Below are positions 26,801 to 41,800 of a DNA stretch of 64,000 bases, piece after piece. Source of the stretch: Phoronis australis (Eukaryota > Animalia > Phoronida); NCBI GenBank assembly GCA_002633005.1, contig NMRA01000249.1, positions 115,004 to 179,003 on the forward strand, given 5' to 3'. The notes beneath the pieces were generated by a model. The model worked only from the letters and a program-made list of their open reading frames with translations. It did not search any database and was not told the origin of the DNA. A program made the position numbers and the translations under genes. The first letter of the stretch is position 1; each line of letters starts with the position of its first letter.

Positions 26801-29800
26801 GTCAGCCAAATATCGTCTGTAAGGGCGTCAACCGCGTTAGGTATTGGCACAGGGCAAACATCACCACCCGTGCCTGCGTAACCTCTAACCCACGATAAAG
26901 TTATGAACGCTCAAGGGGTGAAATGGTGTATGGATATGTCGGGCAGCATTATGGTCTCTAAATGTTGAGTCTCAATAATTATTTCCTCTTGAAACCATTT
27001 TAACTGCAATGAAGTTACAAAACATATTCATTTAAAAAATGTAGAATACGTAATATTGTGGTATTTTTAAAGTAAAAATGGAAAAAAAAACATTCAAGAG
27101 ATTTCATGAATTTGTTCACAAATCCAAGTGGAATGGCTCTCAAGTGGCATAGAACTAAAAAAAAAACAGACCAAATTGCACTATTCAAACAGGCTTTCGC
27201 CACTGAAACAGAAATCAAATTGTTTGTCTTGTATTTTATGGTATGTTCTTAAAGATGTGAATTTCTGTTAATGACAAAGCATTTTCCCGTTAGTTTCAAA
27301 ATTCTGTGCGTTTTACCATTACGATACACAGCTTTCTGCATTCGCAACAATAAAACTTGGAAAATAGACTGAAGCACCTGTCTGGCCATTTTTCAATTTG
27401 CAGCCATCCGTATAACAAACCACCTCATTCTCGCAGTAGGCCATCAATCACCGATTTCCGTGAAGATATTGTTTGTACATCAGTAGTTTATCGCACACAT
27501 TTCTGTGCATTGTGTGTGCAACGGAATCAGGGATGTGATTTTTCACCCACTGAACATTATATCTGAAGCGAAGTGCAGCACATGCAGCTTCACCCCAAGG
27601 TATATATACAGTGGTGGTAGACCGATTAGCATTTCTAGGGCTGCAGAAGACGTTCCTGGAAAAGCAGAGATACATACATGTATACAGTAATGCACAAACA
27701 AGCTACACATTGCAGCTGATTAAGTTTGTTGATATTTTCAATCTGTTTTAAAGCTGTTACCTATGTTGACACAGAAGAGGCATTATAGGTCGGTAACAGC
27801 AGCATAAAACCAGAACATAATCTTGGGAGACATTTCCAAAGCTTTAACCACGGCACGACTGAATTTCAACAGAGCAGTTTTGGCTGTTGAGATTTTTTTC
27901 CTGTATGAAGACGATGGTATAAATTGACACCTAAATAATTCGCCTTGTCTACAAGGTCAAGATGCTTGCCATTCAGAGTTAAAAGCCGCAATGATAATTT
28001 AAGCTTCTCAGTGACTATAATCACCTTTGTTTTGCTACCACTAATTTCTAATCCAACTGACTTAGCCCATGTGGCTGTATTCAGTGATCTTTGAGCAAGA
28101 AAACGACATGTGTCAGGATCGATGCTAGACACACTGAGAACAATATCATCTGCATAGGCTTGAACATACAAGCTTGGCCCCAAATCAGCCGATAGTTGTC
28201 GTCGTAGACCATCCATGACCATGTTGAAGAGAGTGAGTGAGGCAGCGCCGCCCGGAGGTGTTCCCCTGGTGATGCAAACCGCCACTCTTACACCCTCTAG
28301 ACAAGAAGTCACAGGTTGACTTCCGAGCACGTTAATGATCCACCTGGTAAGACACCTATTTACCTGGTTTAGTGCTACTCGGATCTCGTCATGCTTAATA
28401 CTACTGAAGGCACAAACAAGGTCAACCAAGGCGCAGACGGCAAATTGTTTATTAAAAAATGCAAATTCTAGTCTAGCAACCAGATGATGAAGAGCAGCCT
28501 CCGTGGAGAAAACTGGTCTATAAAAATGCTGATTGTTCTGAAGTTTATTCTGTATATCTTGTTTATTAAGATGCCACAGAATGAGCCTTTCCAGTCCTTT
28601 GAGATTGAAGGATGTTAAGGCAACAGGCCTAAATGATTCAGTCAAAAGGAAAGACTTCTTTCCTGGTTTAGGAATAAAGGCGCGCCTAGCTTCAGTCCAA
28701 GTCTTGGGGATACAACCTAGTTTAAGACTGGCTTTGTAGGCCGCTGTAAGTCATGGAATGATAGTTTCCCAAACTCTTGCAGCATAACTAGTCCATAGGA
28801 CCTTCATGATTTAAAAGACTTCAGAGCCAACTCCACGAAATTTGGTATCATGTCTAGTCCATGGGACTTTCATGATTTAAAAGACTTCAGAGCCAACTCC
28901 ACCAAACTTGGAGTGGCTATGTATTCAACATCAGCGTAAGCTAGTGCTTCATACTCCTCTGAGTCCGTCACTTCAGAACATTGATTCGACAGGTTTCACA
29001 TTTCCAATGTTTCCTGAGCGTAGCGGATCTACATGTATGAGCCATACTGTTTTTGAATGACCTCGAGTGTGGAGTAGTGATTCTTCTTAAACAATTGCAC
29101 CAGCCGTGCAGATGTAGAGAGGCTATTAGTTTGCTGATAGAATTCCTCCAGGAATTACGCTTTGCTTTGGGTATGGCGGACTTAAACATTCGTAAGCAAT
29201 ATGATATGTATCCCATCACTCGTCAGTGTCAGTCCGAATTGCAGTTCTGTGAACATTACGTACCTTGTCCCGAAGTGCCGCCAGTTCTTTAGTCCACCAA
29301 ATATTTTGCATTGTTTCCCCAGTGAGCCTAGTACAGCTTTTGGGGTAGGAAATATCTAGTGACTTGGTCAAAGCATTGTTAATGTTGTCTGACAATTTCT
29401 TAACATCAGAAAGAGTTCTGAAATTTATTGTTTCTGGAGTAGAAAGGAGTTCGGAAACCACTTCACCTCATTGGTGTTTCTATACTCAGTAAATAGTGGA
29501 ACAACGGAGGTCACCATTTCGTCCGATAAAGAAGGTTCAGAATCCACTCTCTAATTAGTTACCACATCAACAGTAGGCAAATTAACCAGAGTAAGGGGTA
29601 TGGCCTCCTGCCGATTTCTGACAACAAAAGTGGACTCATGGCCCTTGTTGCATATTGAAAGTTGTGACCTGACAACGAACTCTAGAAGCGCCTCACCTCT
29701 TGGGGTTTTGTCAGTGCTGTGCCACACCTCGTGATGTGAATTTGCATCACAACAGATAAAGGATATGTTTGACTGCAGTTACTGGTGATTTGTTGCAGTT

Positions 29801-32800
29801 TAGGTGAGGGTAGGATCTCTATGAAGTCCGCTGGTATATAGGCTGAGACCCACCATGTTGTGGCCTTAGCGTATCACAAGACACCACCACGGTGTCCCTG
29901 TAACAAAACTCAGAAAGGATACCGTAATCGCAGACCTGGACTTGATGTTGTTTTCCAGTGAAGCAGTATATGTATAAGATTTGGCAATCTTATGAGTCTT
30001 CATCGCACTTCCCCGACAGCACGGCTCTTGTACGAAGGCCACGACTAGGACATTGCGCGCAAGCGTCTGTTGCAGAAGCCCTGATGGGTTATTGGCCGGA
30101 TGCAGCTTTACCTGCCATATTTTAACCTCATGATTCATGTCATCATGATAAATGTATAGCGGTGATTATCTATCTAACCAGCCTCCACATCACTTGTGAG
30201 TGGGGAATGAGTCAGAGAAGATCTGTCATTGGATGGTACACATTCATAAGCCACGGTTTCAGTATCGTACGAATCAACTCATAAACTCAAGCACAAATAT
30301 TTAGCGACAAAAATGAATTTGTACCAACAGCTAACAATAAACATTTGTGTAATTTACACAGCTTTGTTCCAGAGGGAAGGGCCAAACCTAGCTGAGATTG
30401 ACGCATCATTTGCAAACCCGAGAGTCAAAAACTTCCTGTCACTACAATAGGCCATAAGAAAACTCTAACACAACTTTCAAACATACTTATGCTCATGCAA
30501 AAGTGGTTAATTACCGAGCACTTGTTGTAAACAACCTGTATTCTCGAAAAAAAAAATCGACACTCAACAGAATATTGCAAACGCAGCTGTCCAAGAGACA
30601 TGATTAATTAAAAGACACACGCTATTTCCAAACATACTGCTTCCATTCCCAAGTGAAAATTAAATGACGCTGTAATACCGCCACAGAGAAAAGCTAGTAA
30701 AATACACAGTGGGACACGGCTTGTATGAAATACTGCAAAAACTGACAAAACGAGTGGGTAACAGGGAAGTCGCGCACGCAAGTTTAGCGTGCAGAGCGAC
30801 CCTGTTTGTTACTCATTCAAAACGGTCTTCTCGAATGCAATCAAAACGGACTTCAATACTTTCAATCTCATCACATCGTGCTCAATATTTTGAATTGACA
30901 TGCTTTCCACAAGTTGGTGACGGATGATACTTGTGATGATGAAGGTAGGCATGCACATTAAGACCTAATGTCCATTTCTCTCTTCCAGCGTATGAAAGTT
31001 CTCTAAATAAAAATGATACATGTACATGTGCATGCAGGTTGTAAATATCACAAATGCATGGAATACCTGTACAGTACATGTAATGTATAACTAAGAAGTT
31101 TACTTACAACGTGATTTTGGGAAAATGAACTCCTCACCCAGTACCCCTCTATGGCTTTTTAAACAAAACACTGAGCTAATTTTCATTGTCGCACTAGTCG
31201 TGAAAATTATGTTGCCACAATAGAATGAGTTCCAATATAAAGTAGTGGAGAGGTAAGTTGCGACTGAATTGAAGAAGTCAAAATTTGGAAAGACCAGTTA
31301 GCACTGTTATCTTCTTTAGCATCTTTTGACTTTAAAGTGTTGTACACCAGCAGATATTCAATGTTCGCAAGGAAAATAGTGCAGAACACTTCTTATGAAT
31401 TACGTTTCTGTACTTGAGGCACAGTGAAGGGAATGCAGTTTTAAGTGTTACAATTTTGCTTGCAGAAGAAAAACACAATTTTATAATAACATGAAATCAC
31501 ACTACCAACTGAAACAATATATCATACAATTCGAAATCAGAGAACATGAGCGACAAGGAATGAAATACTTGAATTTTCCTCAGGTATTGATAGGTGTTAT
31601 GTCAGCTGTGTTTTCAGTGTTATCATATATTTTTCATGAGATTTGTTTGTAAAACAGGTAAACAAAGCCACCTACATCTTGCAACACTGCCAAGATTTCT
31701 TGACTGGCCATGTGGTGGTGAACCAGGAAAGAAATAACCTCCTGGTTAGCTGTCTGCTATTTGTACCTGAACAACACACAGTTGCGCTTGTGTTAGATAG
31801 CATTTGCACTGTTTGTTATTTTTGGCTACAGAGCATCGGTTTCCATTTCTTTTGGTACATAATAGTTTGTCAGAGTGAAAGTACACTTGTTACCAACAGA
31901 CTTGGTTTCTAAAACGACACCAAATTAGTTGGTGACAGTGAAAGGCAGCACAGCACACACAAAATAGACAGTTTTCATATTTTATTTTCCCAGTTCCAAG
32001 GAGTAAATAACAAGGATCTGGGATTCATAAAGTGCTGTATACATTTCAGAAAAATGAATACACAAACACCTTTTGCATACTATTTTTCCAAAATAAAGTT
32101 TCTCAACCAATCTTGATATTGTAGATTTTCCTCTTGATCTATCTTACTCGAAAATTCAAACAGGAAATCCTATTGCTTGAGCATAAGCTTCAGAAAAACA
32201 AAAAGTCCGAAAACAAGTAGAAAACGAGACAAAAGTCCACTAAAGGCAGGAATTCGGCAAATGCACAACTCTTAGTTCTGAACTTACCCCGTTGTTTTTT
32301 TTTTTGCTTTTTTAGTAAAAGGTCCACATTCTCAAAAAATCGAACCCCCCTATTTTTAGACTGTTTGCGCGCATGGTTTGTACGTTAAGAAGATTTTTTG
32401 ATAAAATCTAACATTTTATATTTTAAACACATTTACGAAACGGAAAATGCATCAAAATTTGATATTTCGAGCTGTGCTTCATGAACTAGTGTCTTGTAGG
32501 TGAAGACCATTGCCGGTGCAGTTTTTACAACATAAAAGGAGAATGCTTTCATAGTCACTGGACACCAAGTTGAATAAAGATTTCATACTTACGAGTACAG
32601 AAACTAAGGCAGCTGTTTAGCAGTTGTTGCGAGGAAGTATTCGAAACATATTTCCATACACACGAGTGGTATTTCATTCACTTAGTCCAGCTAATTGGAA
32701 GTGTTTGCCTCCGTGACATCATCGTTGCGCAATTTCCGATTAACACCATTCTCGTGCAAACATGGGCACAAGCACATGCACGCAGTATACTCACACCCAG

Positions 32801-35800
32801 GAACACACTATCAGTCAAACTAGTCAATTACATGCAGCTGGTGTCATACGCAGGAACACGTAACGGGCAGGAAAAAGTTCGTATGACTGTAGGTGAAAGT
32901 ACAGAAAGACAACGTTGTACGCTAAGGTATGATAATGACTATAACCCTAGTAAAACGACATACTTCATCGGCCCAATACAGAATTACAATAAAAATACGT
33001 CTACCTGAACACACAAATTTGTTGCAAGCTTCAAACGCCGACGAATGGCCAGGGCAGTGCTGAAATTGACTTGCCTCGGCTGAACCACATCTCCGTGTCC
33101 TCACGCGTATCCCTCCGCCACAGCTCGCAGTACATTGACTCCATGAACTCCAGGTGGACATGGGGCCTGAAAAACCAACGCGAGTTTGAGGACGCTCTGC
33201 ACATTCACTTCCGCTGCAAAAATGCGAAATATCAAGCAAGTAATTAATTCCAAGTCTTTTACTATAGAATTGAAAGCCTGTTAGTTGCTAAAGTATACAG
33301 ATTTTGCACGTTAATGCAAAAACGTAGACCTGCATGTATTAAATAACGCGTGAATTCGTTTGGCTAGATCGGCGTAAGGTGTCGCTTGTCTGTCCTTGCT
33401 ACTATGGTATGTTACAATTCTCCGGTTCTGAACTTATTGAGACTGAGCTTGGTTGCGATATGTTTTACAAGCTGTTTCATCTACTTTATGTATGCCATCA
33501 GAGTCCCAAATCAGTCATTAAATTCCAAAGTCAGTCCAATCAACGACAGCGAAGTAGCAAGCACACAAGAAATGACAATTACTTCTGACTACATCCCTGA
33601 TAGTTGGATATTTATTGGGGCAGTAGGTTATTATGACTGGTGCCCAAAGGAAAATGAAAAACATTTTGAAGACAGTCTCTGAAACAGCCCGATCAACACT
33701 CCATGGATGCGGGTCGTTACGCCGCGACGACAACATTCACTTAGTCAACAAGGCATTGACTCGTTACGAAATAGATTAGCGCGTAAACAAATGGAGCGTG
33801 CACGCGTTAACGTGTAAAGTTTGTTCGCTTTAATAAATGGCAAGCTTTGAATTGTATAATGAACGCTGGTACGTCACACATCCCGAAAACGGTTGATGAT
33901 ATGAGGCTGGTACACGTCTGCACTTGACCCTTTCATTAATGCCTGAATAATTTAATTCAAAATCCGATACAACCAGTGGATTCTAGTACAGTTGCTGTCT
34001 TGAATATCACTGCCTCCGTCTGACAATGTCAAACGCTTAGAACCAGAGCACTCGGTCAAAGGCTAAACAATTACACACGTATTTCAACATGCAAATGTCA
34101 ACAGTAACGCGCAAGATTGTACAGGCCATTGAGAAATCGCAACAACCACTTCATTTATAAGGGTAAAAAAGAACAGTGCATCACTGTAGAAAATACATTT
34201 AATAATTAAGTCGAAGCAAGTCGGCACAAACAAAATTTCTTAAAATTCAAAGGAATACTGGTATTTAAAACAGTCACTCAACCCTTCGATGAACTAAAAG
34301 GGAGCTCAAACTAATGATTCAATCAACCTATTACTCCAATAAGTCGCATGAACAGAAGGCATTTCACTAACAACACGTTGTCTTGAATTCCCAAGCAACG
34401 CATTTGAAAACATTTTAGACATACACGCCTAATTCTCTGATATCAGGAAATTATTACTAGAAAACATAGGTGAAAAAGAACTCGACTTAACCGAACTAAT
34501 AACTAATGAAATGATCTAAGTAAGCCTCCCACATCGAAAAATATTGCCCGACTGCTAGGGACGGAAACTTTGACATCAGCGTGCAGAGGTTCTAACTCCT
34601 GGTAATTTTCTACGAGAACGATTCCATATAAAAACCAGAGAGGGGAAATATATGCAAAATTACCGATAGTCTTAAAGCTTAGCATACCATTAAACATTGC
34701 TGAAAGAAGCATGCAGTTGTTTTACATAAGCTTCTGGGAACTTTTAAATTTTTCATGACCGATTTGTATATTCGCTCATATGTGGCACGCATGTGTATAA
34801 AGGCGTGTCTCAAAACTAAATCAAAACAACCTACGTTGACTTTGGATGTTACTTGTGTTCCAAGGCATTAAGCATTACGACTAGATGTCTACATGGAGTG
34901 TACAATTTGCACGAACGCATTGTCAATTTCATACTCACTTGTAAGATAGTTCCTAAGTCATATTTTGAGCTCTTCATTTAATTGTCTTAGTCTCAGATGT
35001 GTACGCTTTGGATACAACTCTTTTTATATATGTAGTCATATCAAGTATCACAGCAAATGTTCAGTAGCGGAACCACCAATAAAATGTCAGAAAACAACTG
35101 GGCATGGGTCAGCATCCGACAGGATTGCTAACTGCCATCAACAGTTGCGACGTCCACTTCAGGATTGGGGAAAGTGGTAACTATGGGCGTCGTAAAGCCG
35201 GGTTCAGTACACTGACAGAAGGGGATAAGAAAGTACTTCTGTCAGGGAATTTGAGAGGACACATTTAACCTGGCTCATACGACACTGTCATAAAACTTGG
35301 AGGTGACATGTGACTGACAAGGCGTTATGAGATTTGAATGGTAAAAGATTTCAGAATGCATCTCCAAGACAAACGTGTACTCTCTTACCTCTTTTTCATT
35401 AGTATCACTCACTTACTTTTTGTCAGGAATTGGTGTGCGTTTGATTGAGGACTTGTTTACGTTCCAGTCTTACCAACAGGACCAACTCCATTAAACTTCA
35501 TGTTTGCTTTTCTAATTTGCAAGATTTCCAAGTAGTGAACGAGTTCATGAGACCCAGCAAGGTCACATCAGATACATGTAATATTCGGTTGTACTTTGAG
35601 AGGAAATATATACAAGGTCTTAAAAATGATTTTTCTTATCAATTGATTAGAATTCTATATCAAATGTTACTGAAAGTTGATGTAAAATACAAAAATTAAT
35701 AACCATCTTAACACTTGGAAAAGACGAAATTTGACAATACAAGGTAAAATCTTTACTACGTATACATGTACATGTAGTGTCAACAGTCGGCATTAACAAA

Positions 35801-38800
35801 ACATAGTTTCTGGAGGCAATAAAACTGATAGAGAATTAATTTGGTTTAAGACCACCCTAAATAACAACTGATCAAATTGTACTTGTCGTTTAATTGGGTC
35901 AAATGTTTAATACAAATGGCGAGGAAAGTTGGCGATGATCTCATTTTTCAATCTAATTTTCAACTGAAAACATAAATGTGAAATGATAAACCCGTTTTAT
36001 GAATGTTCTGGAAATTGCTTAGAATGCTGAATCGTAAAACAGTCAGTTCCTATAAGCAATTGTAATTCAACTGTCAATGGAAAATTCATAATTTTACCTT
36101 CATCTATTTAGTACAAGCCTAATCTTTTGCGACGACTTTTTAGATAGCCAGGACAAAACTCTTAAAATGGAAAGTATTAAGCATGCTTTTAGTATATCCT
36201 TTTATTTACTAACGACGACCTCGAGAAAACAATTGCAATTAAGGCAGTCGATTCGGCTAGTTTGAAAGCCACAAACAGAAAAAAAGAACAACGCCACCAC
36301 ATCAAATCAAAAACCTTCCAACCTTACAAATGTCGTTTCCGGCAAAGTGTAATCGTCTCGTCTGCTCTTCAGTGAATTGAAGATTCGACCTTTTTGCGGA
36401 GAGTGCGAAGAACCGACACAAATTCAAACTTGAAAAGGATCTTTTTCCTTTTAGTTGACCTGAGGTTGTCAAATAAACGATAACGGAATAAAACAAAAGG
36501 TTACATGTACAACTTGTCTATACTGTACATCCTCGAACCTAACGTCAACTGACTGACTGGGCAAAGGTCAAAATTTCGTTCAATTTGTCCATAAACTCTG
36601 CTCATCATTTCCAAAATCGACAGTTGTGCAAAACAATTTTCGCTAAATGCAAAGTTGAGGCAAGATATTTTTGGTCAGTCATCAAGATGTACTCCTTAGC
36701 TTTATGTTATAAAAGTTACATGAAGATACAAAGTGCAAAATTGCAGTAAGAGGGTCACATAAACGACAACTAAAAGTAGCTAGGAAAGTGGTCTGTGGAT
36801 TATCTCCCCTGTCTAGCACAAAACCGTCTAATTTGTCTAAATCCAAACAATTTTATACATTTTACATCGGTAATTGCAGCCACCGAACTACAACTTTCAA
36901 TGTATTTTGTAAGTTGTGTTTTTGTTGCTGAACATATACAATGTTGAAGATGGCTAAAATGACCAATTGCGGTCTAATGCTCCATCGGATAAGTGGAGTC
37001 ATTGAGTGTACACAATTTGGAATTAAGACTTTGGTTAGGATACCTATCCGTGTACATAATGAAGTTATTTTGAATTTTGACGTGTGGACTGATTTTTGAA
37101 AATCTAGGGGTTTTTATATGGACTGACTCTTAATTAATTTAAACCGAGTCTGTGTGTGTGTGCTCGCTCGCGTGTTTGCACGTGCTTGCGTGTGTGAATG
37201 CGTGTATGGAAGTGTCCCCATCCCCTTTCCTGTACCCCTCCTTAACAATAATTTATGTTGATTGTACGCCTAATTAATAAGAATTCTTAATCAAAATACA
37301 TATTTGGCCAGTACCAATGATGCATTGTAAGGGTATGTACCTGGGGCCACCCAGCCCCAGTCGCATTCACTAATAATTTGATGTCTGGGTAAATAAATGT
37401 GTTATATGAGAAAATAGACGTCGACTTTTTCTTACAAGCGTCATGAAAATCCGCCAAGGAACTCTGAAGATGTAGAGGCAAATGTAAACTGATGAAGATG
37501 GGTCTAAGGGGCACAGTGAGAATCCAGCCCACCCTTAAAGTGCTTACAACCACCATTCACCTTGTTTTGACAAGTGGCAACAATGTTAACATCATTTAAC
37601 TTTCCTTTATGACACTGCACATCACAACCGTGAATTCAATTAGCCGAAAACGAGAAAAAGGAGGTATGACTTCTAATTGAAAGTTTCTTAGCTCCAGCTA
37701 ATCTGAGTATTCGCTTGACGGTTCTTGCGTTGTAAGTCTCATAAAATATCTAAATTTGTGCGATAGGATTCACCCTTCAAATCCAGAAACAGCGTAGAAA
37801 TGGTTGCCTTGAAATCACTGCTAATGGCTTACATTTCAGAAAACTTCAGCAAAGATATCTATATGTTCAATTGCATCAAAAGTAGGTCACACATCTGACC
37901 TCTTGAACTCGCCTTGACGTCTGGTTGTAAATCACAGTGAAACTCAAGCTCCGGATCTTACAGCGATATAAAATTCTTTTCGAATACCTTTGGTAATTGC
38001 AAATCGCATCAGATACTTATTCAGTCAGACATACATAACGGAAAATGTTGTGAGCTACAATGTACGTGCGCAAGGCCGGGACTTAAACACAAGAAGGCTA
38101 GCTGTAAAAACCTCAGGCTCACGTCGAGACCGACATTTGGAATGCATACTTTTATGAAATTGGATGTATTTTGTTATCTTTCCACACATTCCAGAATAGT
38201 TACACTTTGGTGAACCTCAAGCAAAAATCGGTAAGCGTAGAAATAAATGATCAGAGTAGATCAGCGAGGCCACCAGCATACATGTACACATGTAGCTTGT
38301 TTCTACAGAAGCACACGGAAATTTGTACAAAAAAGTAATCAGAGCCACATACTGAGTTGTCACAATCACCACTTACGCAATGCCTTACCATAAATTACTT
38401 TTCTATATATAACGGGGAAGTCTTGCAAAACCTTGACCCCTTTTCACTATAAACACAATGGACGATCACTAATACTGTGCTTGTTATCCCTTTTGGAGTA
38501 ATGTAGAATGACCAATATACGTGTATGCTCGAAGCTCAAGATCAGCTGATTTTCACATCATCAGTTATTGTCAACCGGTGGACTGTTTTTTTTACTTGTT
38601 TGGATAATTTGTGATTTTAATCACTTTAAGCCGTCGTTATCTGGCGTGATGTCCTTGGGAATCCTCACAAAGAACATCCCGACTGAGATGAAGGCAATCT
38701 GCTGCCACATATAACGTGTATATGCTAGAGCATCAAAGAGCTCTAGATTGACGACAGAACGCTGTGAATTGTGTGGTTCTCAAGATAACAAATTATCTAA

Positions 38801-41800
38801 TGCACATGGAATTTTGCTCACTTTGAGCTGGTTAACATTACAATCCCTTAGCATAGCGACCTCCTTGCACCGAAACAGAAACAGAAGCCTATCCATAAAC
38901 GGAACCAAACATACAATTTTAAGTGCAAGTTCAATGTAAAAATATTTGAAATGTTAACAAAAGCAACGCGGATTGTTGAAATGCGCCCACAAATGCATCG
39001 CAAGCAGTGTACTTCTAGGATTGCTTATTTGTTTCATAAAATTGGCCACTAGATGAGAACATGGCATTGCTTCTATAATACAAACTATTTACCAAATTTC
39101 ATGAAAATCTGTCAAGGAACTTCATAGAAACAAAGGAAAACGAAACAAATGAAATTATCACTATGGGGCATAGCGTTCATTGGATCCGCCTGAAACACGT
39201 TGTCGTCTGTGTTAGCTTCATATTTATACAATTACTAAATTTAATAAAGATCATGCAGTGTGTTTAGAAGATGCAGCCATGGCCGGACAAATGAATACAA
39301 AACTACCACAAGGAGGCGCTACCATAGTCAAAATCGTTATCGTTAAACGTCCTCTTCACACTGAGAACATATACGAGACAATTTTCAAAATCATCCTGAT
39401 AATGGTTTGGTTGATCGAGGAGACTTAAAACAGCAAAAATGGCCACTAGGTGACGCAAAGTACCTCGATTCCATCCAAAACGGGAGAATAGCATTATCTC
39501 ATCAATAGATGCCTATATTCCAAATTTTCTGAAAATTCGTTAAGGGCCTTTGAAGTTACAGAAGTAAACCTAAAAAACTAAAATTGCCACTAGAGAGCAC
39601 ACAGGTAGTTAGATCCCTCCGAAAGTTGTCGTGTTTTGTTACCAACATCGTGTAAATGCAGTTGCTAAATTCAGTAAAGTTCTTGCAAACGGTTTAGGAG
39701 ATACAGTCATGGGGGAAACACAAACTGCCACTAGCAGGCGCCACAGTAATGGAGGTTGTCGGAAAGTCATCATCAGCTGGCTGTCTTTTTCGTAGTAATA
39801 GCATGCACGCCAATTTTAAGATCATCCTTAGAGCGGTTTGGGTGACGCCAAAAACAGACTTGAAAACAATAAAAATGACCACTAGGTGGCGCATACTACG
39901 CCAAATCCATCTGAAAACAGGAGGATAGAGTCACCTCACTAATAGATGCCTATATGCCGGAAAGTCATCATCAGCTGGCTGTCTTTTTCGTAGTAATAGC
40001 ATACACGCCAATTTTAAGATCATCCTTAGAGCGGTTTGGGTGACGCCAAAAACAGACTTGAAAACAGTAAAAATGACCACTAGGTGGCGCATACTACGCC
40101 AAATCCATCTGAAAACAGGAGGATAGAGTCACCTCACTAATAGATGCCTATATGCCAAATTTTATGAATATACGTTGAGGATCTTTGGAAATACAGAGGT
40201 AAGCGTAAAAAAGTAAAATTGCCCCTAGGGAGCACACCAGTCGTCAGATCCAACCGAAAGTCGTTGTCACCCGTTGTCACTATAATGTAAATACATTTTC
40301 TAAATTTAGCCAAGATTCTGCCAACGGTTTAGGAGATACGGGCACAAAAAACAAAACTGCCACTAGGAGGTGCCACAGTAGTGTACAATTCGTCGGAAAT
40401 CATCGTAAACCGTCCTCTTCACAGTAGAAACGTGCCAATTTTCACAATCATATTTAGAGTGGTTTGGTTCATAGAGGGGCGGACAGAAAAAGCGGACTCG
40501 AAAATAGTAAAAATGGCCACTAGATGGCGCAAAATGCCCGAATCCATCCGAAAATGGGAGGATAGCGTCCGGTCATTAACACATGCCCATGTGCCTAATT
40601 TCATGAATATCGGTTGAGGACCTTTGACGATACATGTACAGAGGCAGACGTAAAAAACTAAAATTGTCACTAGCGGGCACAGCGGCATTAGGTTCGTTCC
40701 GAAACTCGTTGCCCTCTGTCGTCAGCCCTTTAGAAACACACTTGCCAAATTTCAATACGGCCCTGCAAGGGGTTTAGGAGATACAGGCGCGGACACCGGA
40801 TGCCCAGACGCCCAGACAGAGGTGACGACAATATGCACCCACATAAAAGTATGTGGCGCATAAAATCCATCTTACCTGTTCGCATGACCCAGTTGGTCCT
40901 GTTACCGCCGCACGTTTCTGACTTATTTCCCGGACATTGCATGTTACACACTGAGTCTTCGACGCGCCCATGCACCCCATATGTATTTCCACATCGGCAT
41001 TCTGTGCCGTACTGGACACCGGCGTAGGCGTAGCCAAATATGAAACACTTGTTCATGCAAATTGTTCGTGTGTTTAAGGCAGAGCCGTAAATTCGACGAC
41101 GAAGATCACGCGGCGTAGCATCGATGAAACATCCGGGAATCTCTGGATTGTAGATAGTACAACTTCAATCTTTACGGGAACGTTCCACCAAGGAGTGTAC
41201 TAGTACAGGAGAGTTCACTCCGCCATTTTACCATTCGCCGCAATGGTAACCGGTCGAAACACTAGCGCCCCAAGCGGTGAATAATCAACACTTAGTTAGG
41301 AGCGCATTCCGAACAATGTAAACACTCATAAATTCATACTTTAATGACATTCAACGTGCAATAAAATTACTGTGTGATTGAAAATGGTTAGAATACACAA
41401 ACTAGCATCGACTTACAATAGAATGAGAAAGAAAATGTGTAGTATTTTAATCAATATTAAAGTGTATTTGTTTTTATTCTCTTGAAGCTCCCTTCAACAA
41501 AATCCATCATGGTTTTGTTTCATGTTTGAGTTCTTAACAAGGCAATTATCGTTTCTTATAACAGTTTATACCTCCATGAACTACATAATTTGAACGATTG
41601 CTCCTGGGGGCTCAGAGGGGAATTCCTCCAGGTGCCAGCTAAGGGGGTACCAGGCAAAAACCAGGTGGGCGCCAAATGGGTGTTGACCCCCTCCTAGGCG
41701 GGTTACATGGGAGGAGTACTAAACAGGTAAAAACCAATGGGTATGTATGCCACATGGGTGTTGAGCCTTTCCCATCGTCACACATTTTGGTTGCGCCCCT

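Noticed and set aside
27866-28645. Reverse transcriptase as a functional gene or a retron/DGR component acting on the TSP1 array
   Set aside because: It is part of an APE-type LINE with stops and frameshifts on both sides and a degenerate PPGG motif. The array copies retain introns, so they arose at the DNA level.
31640-31910. Possible coding relic with a donor-like site
   Set aside because: Multiple stops and no identifiable motif on either strand.
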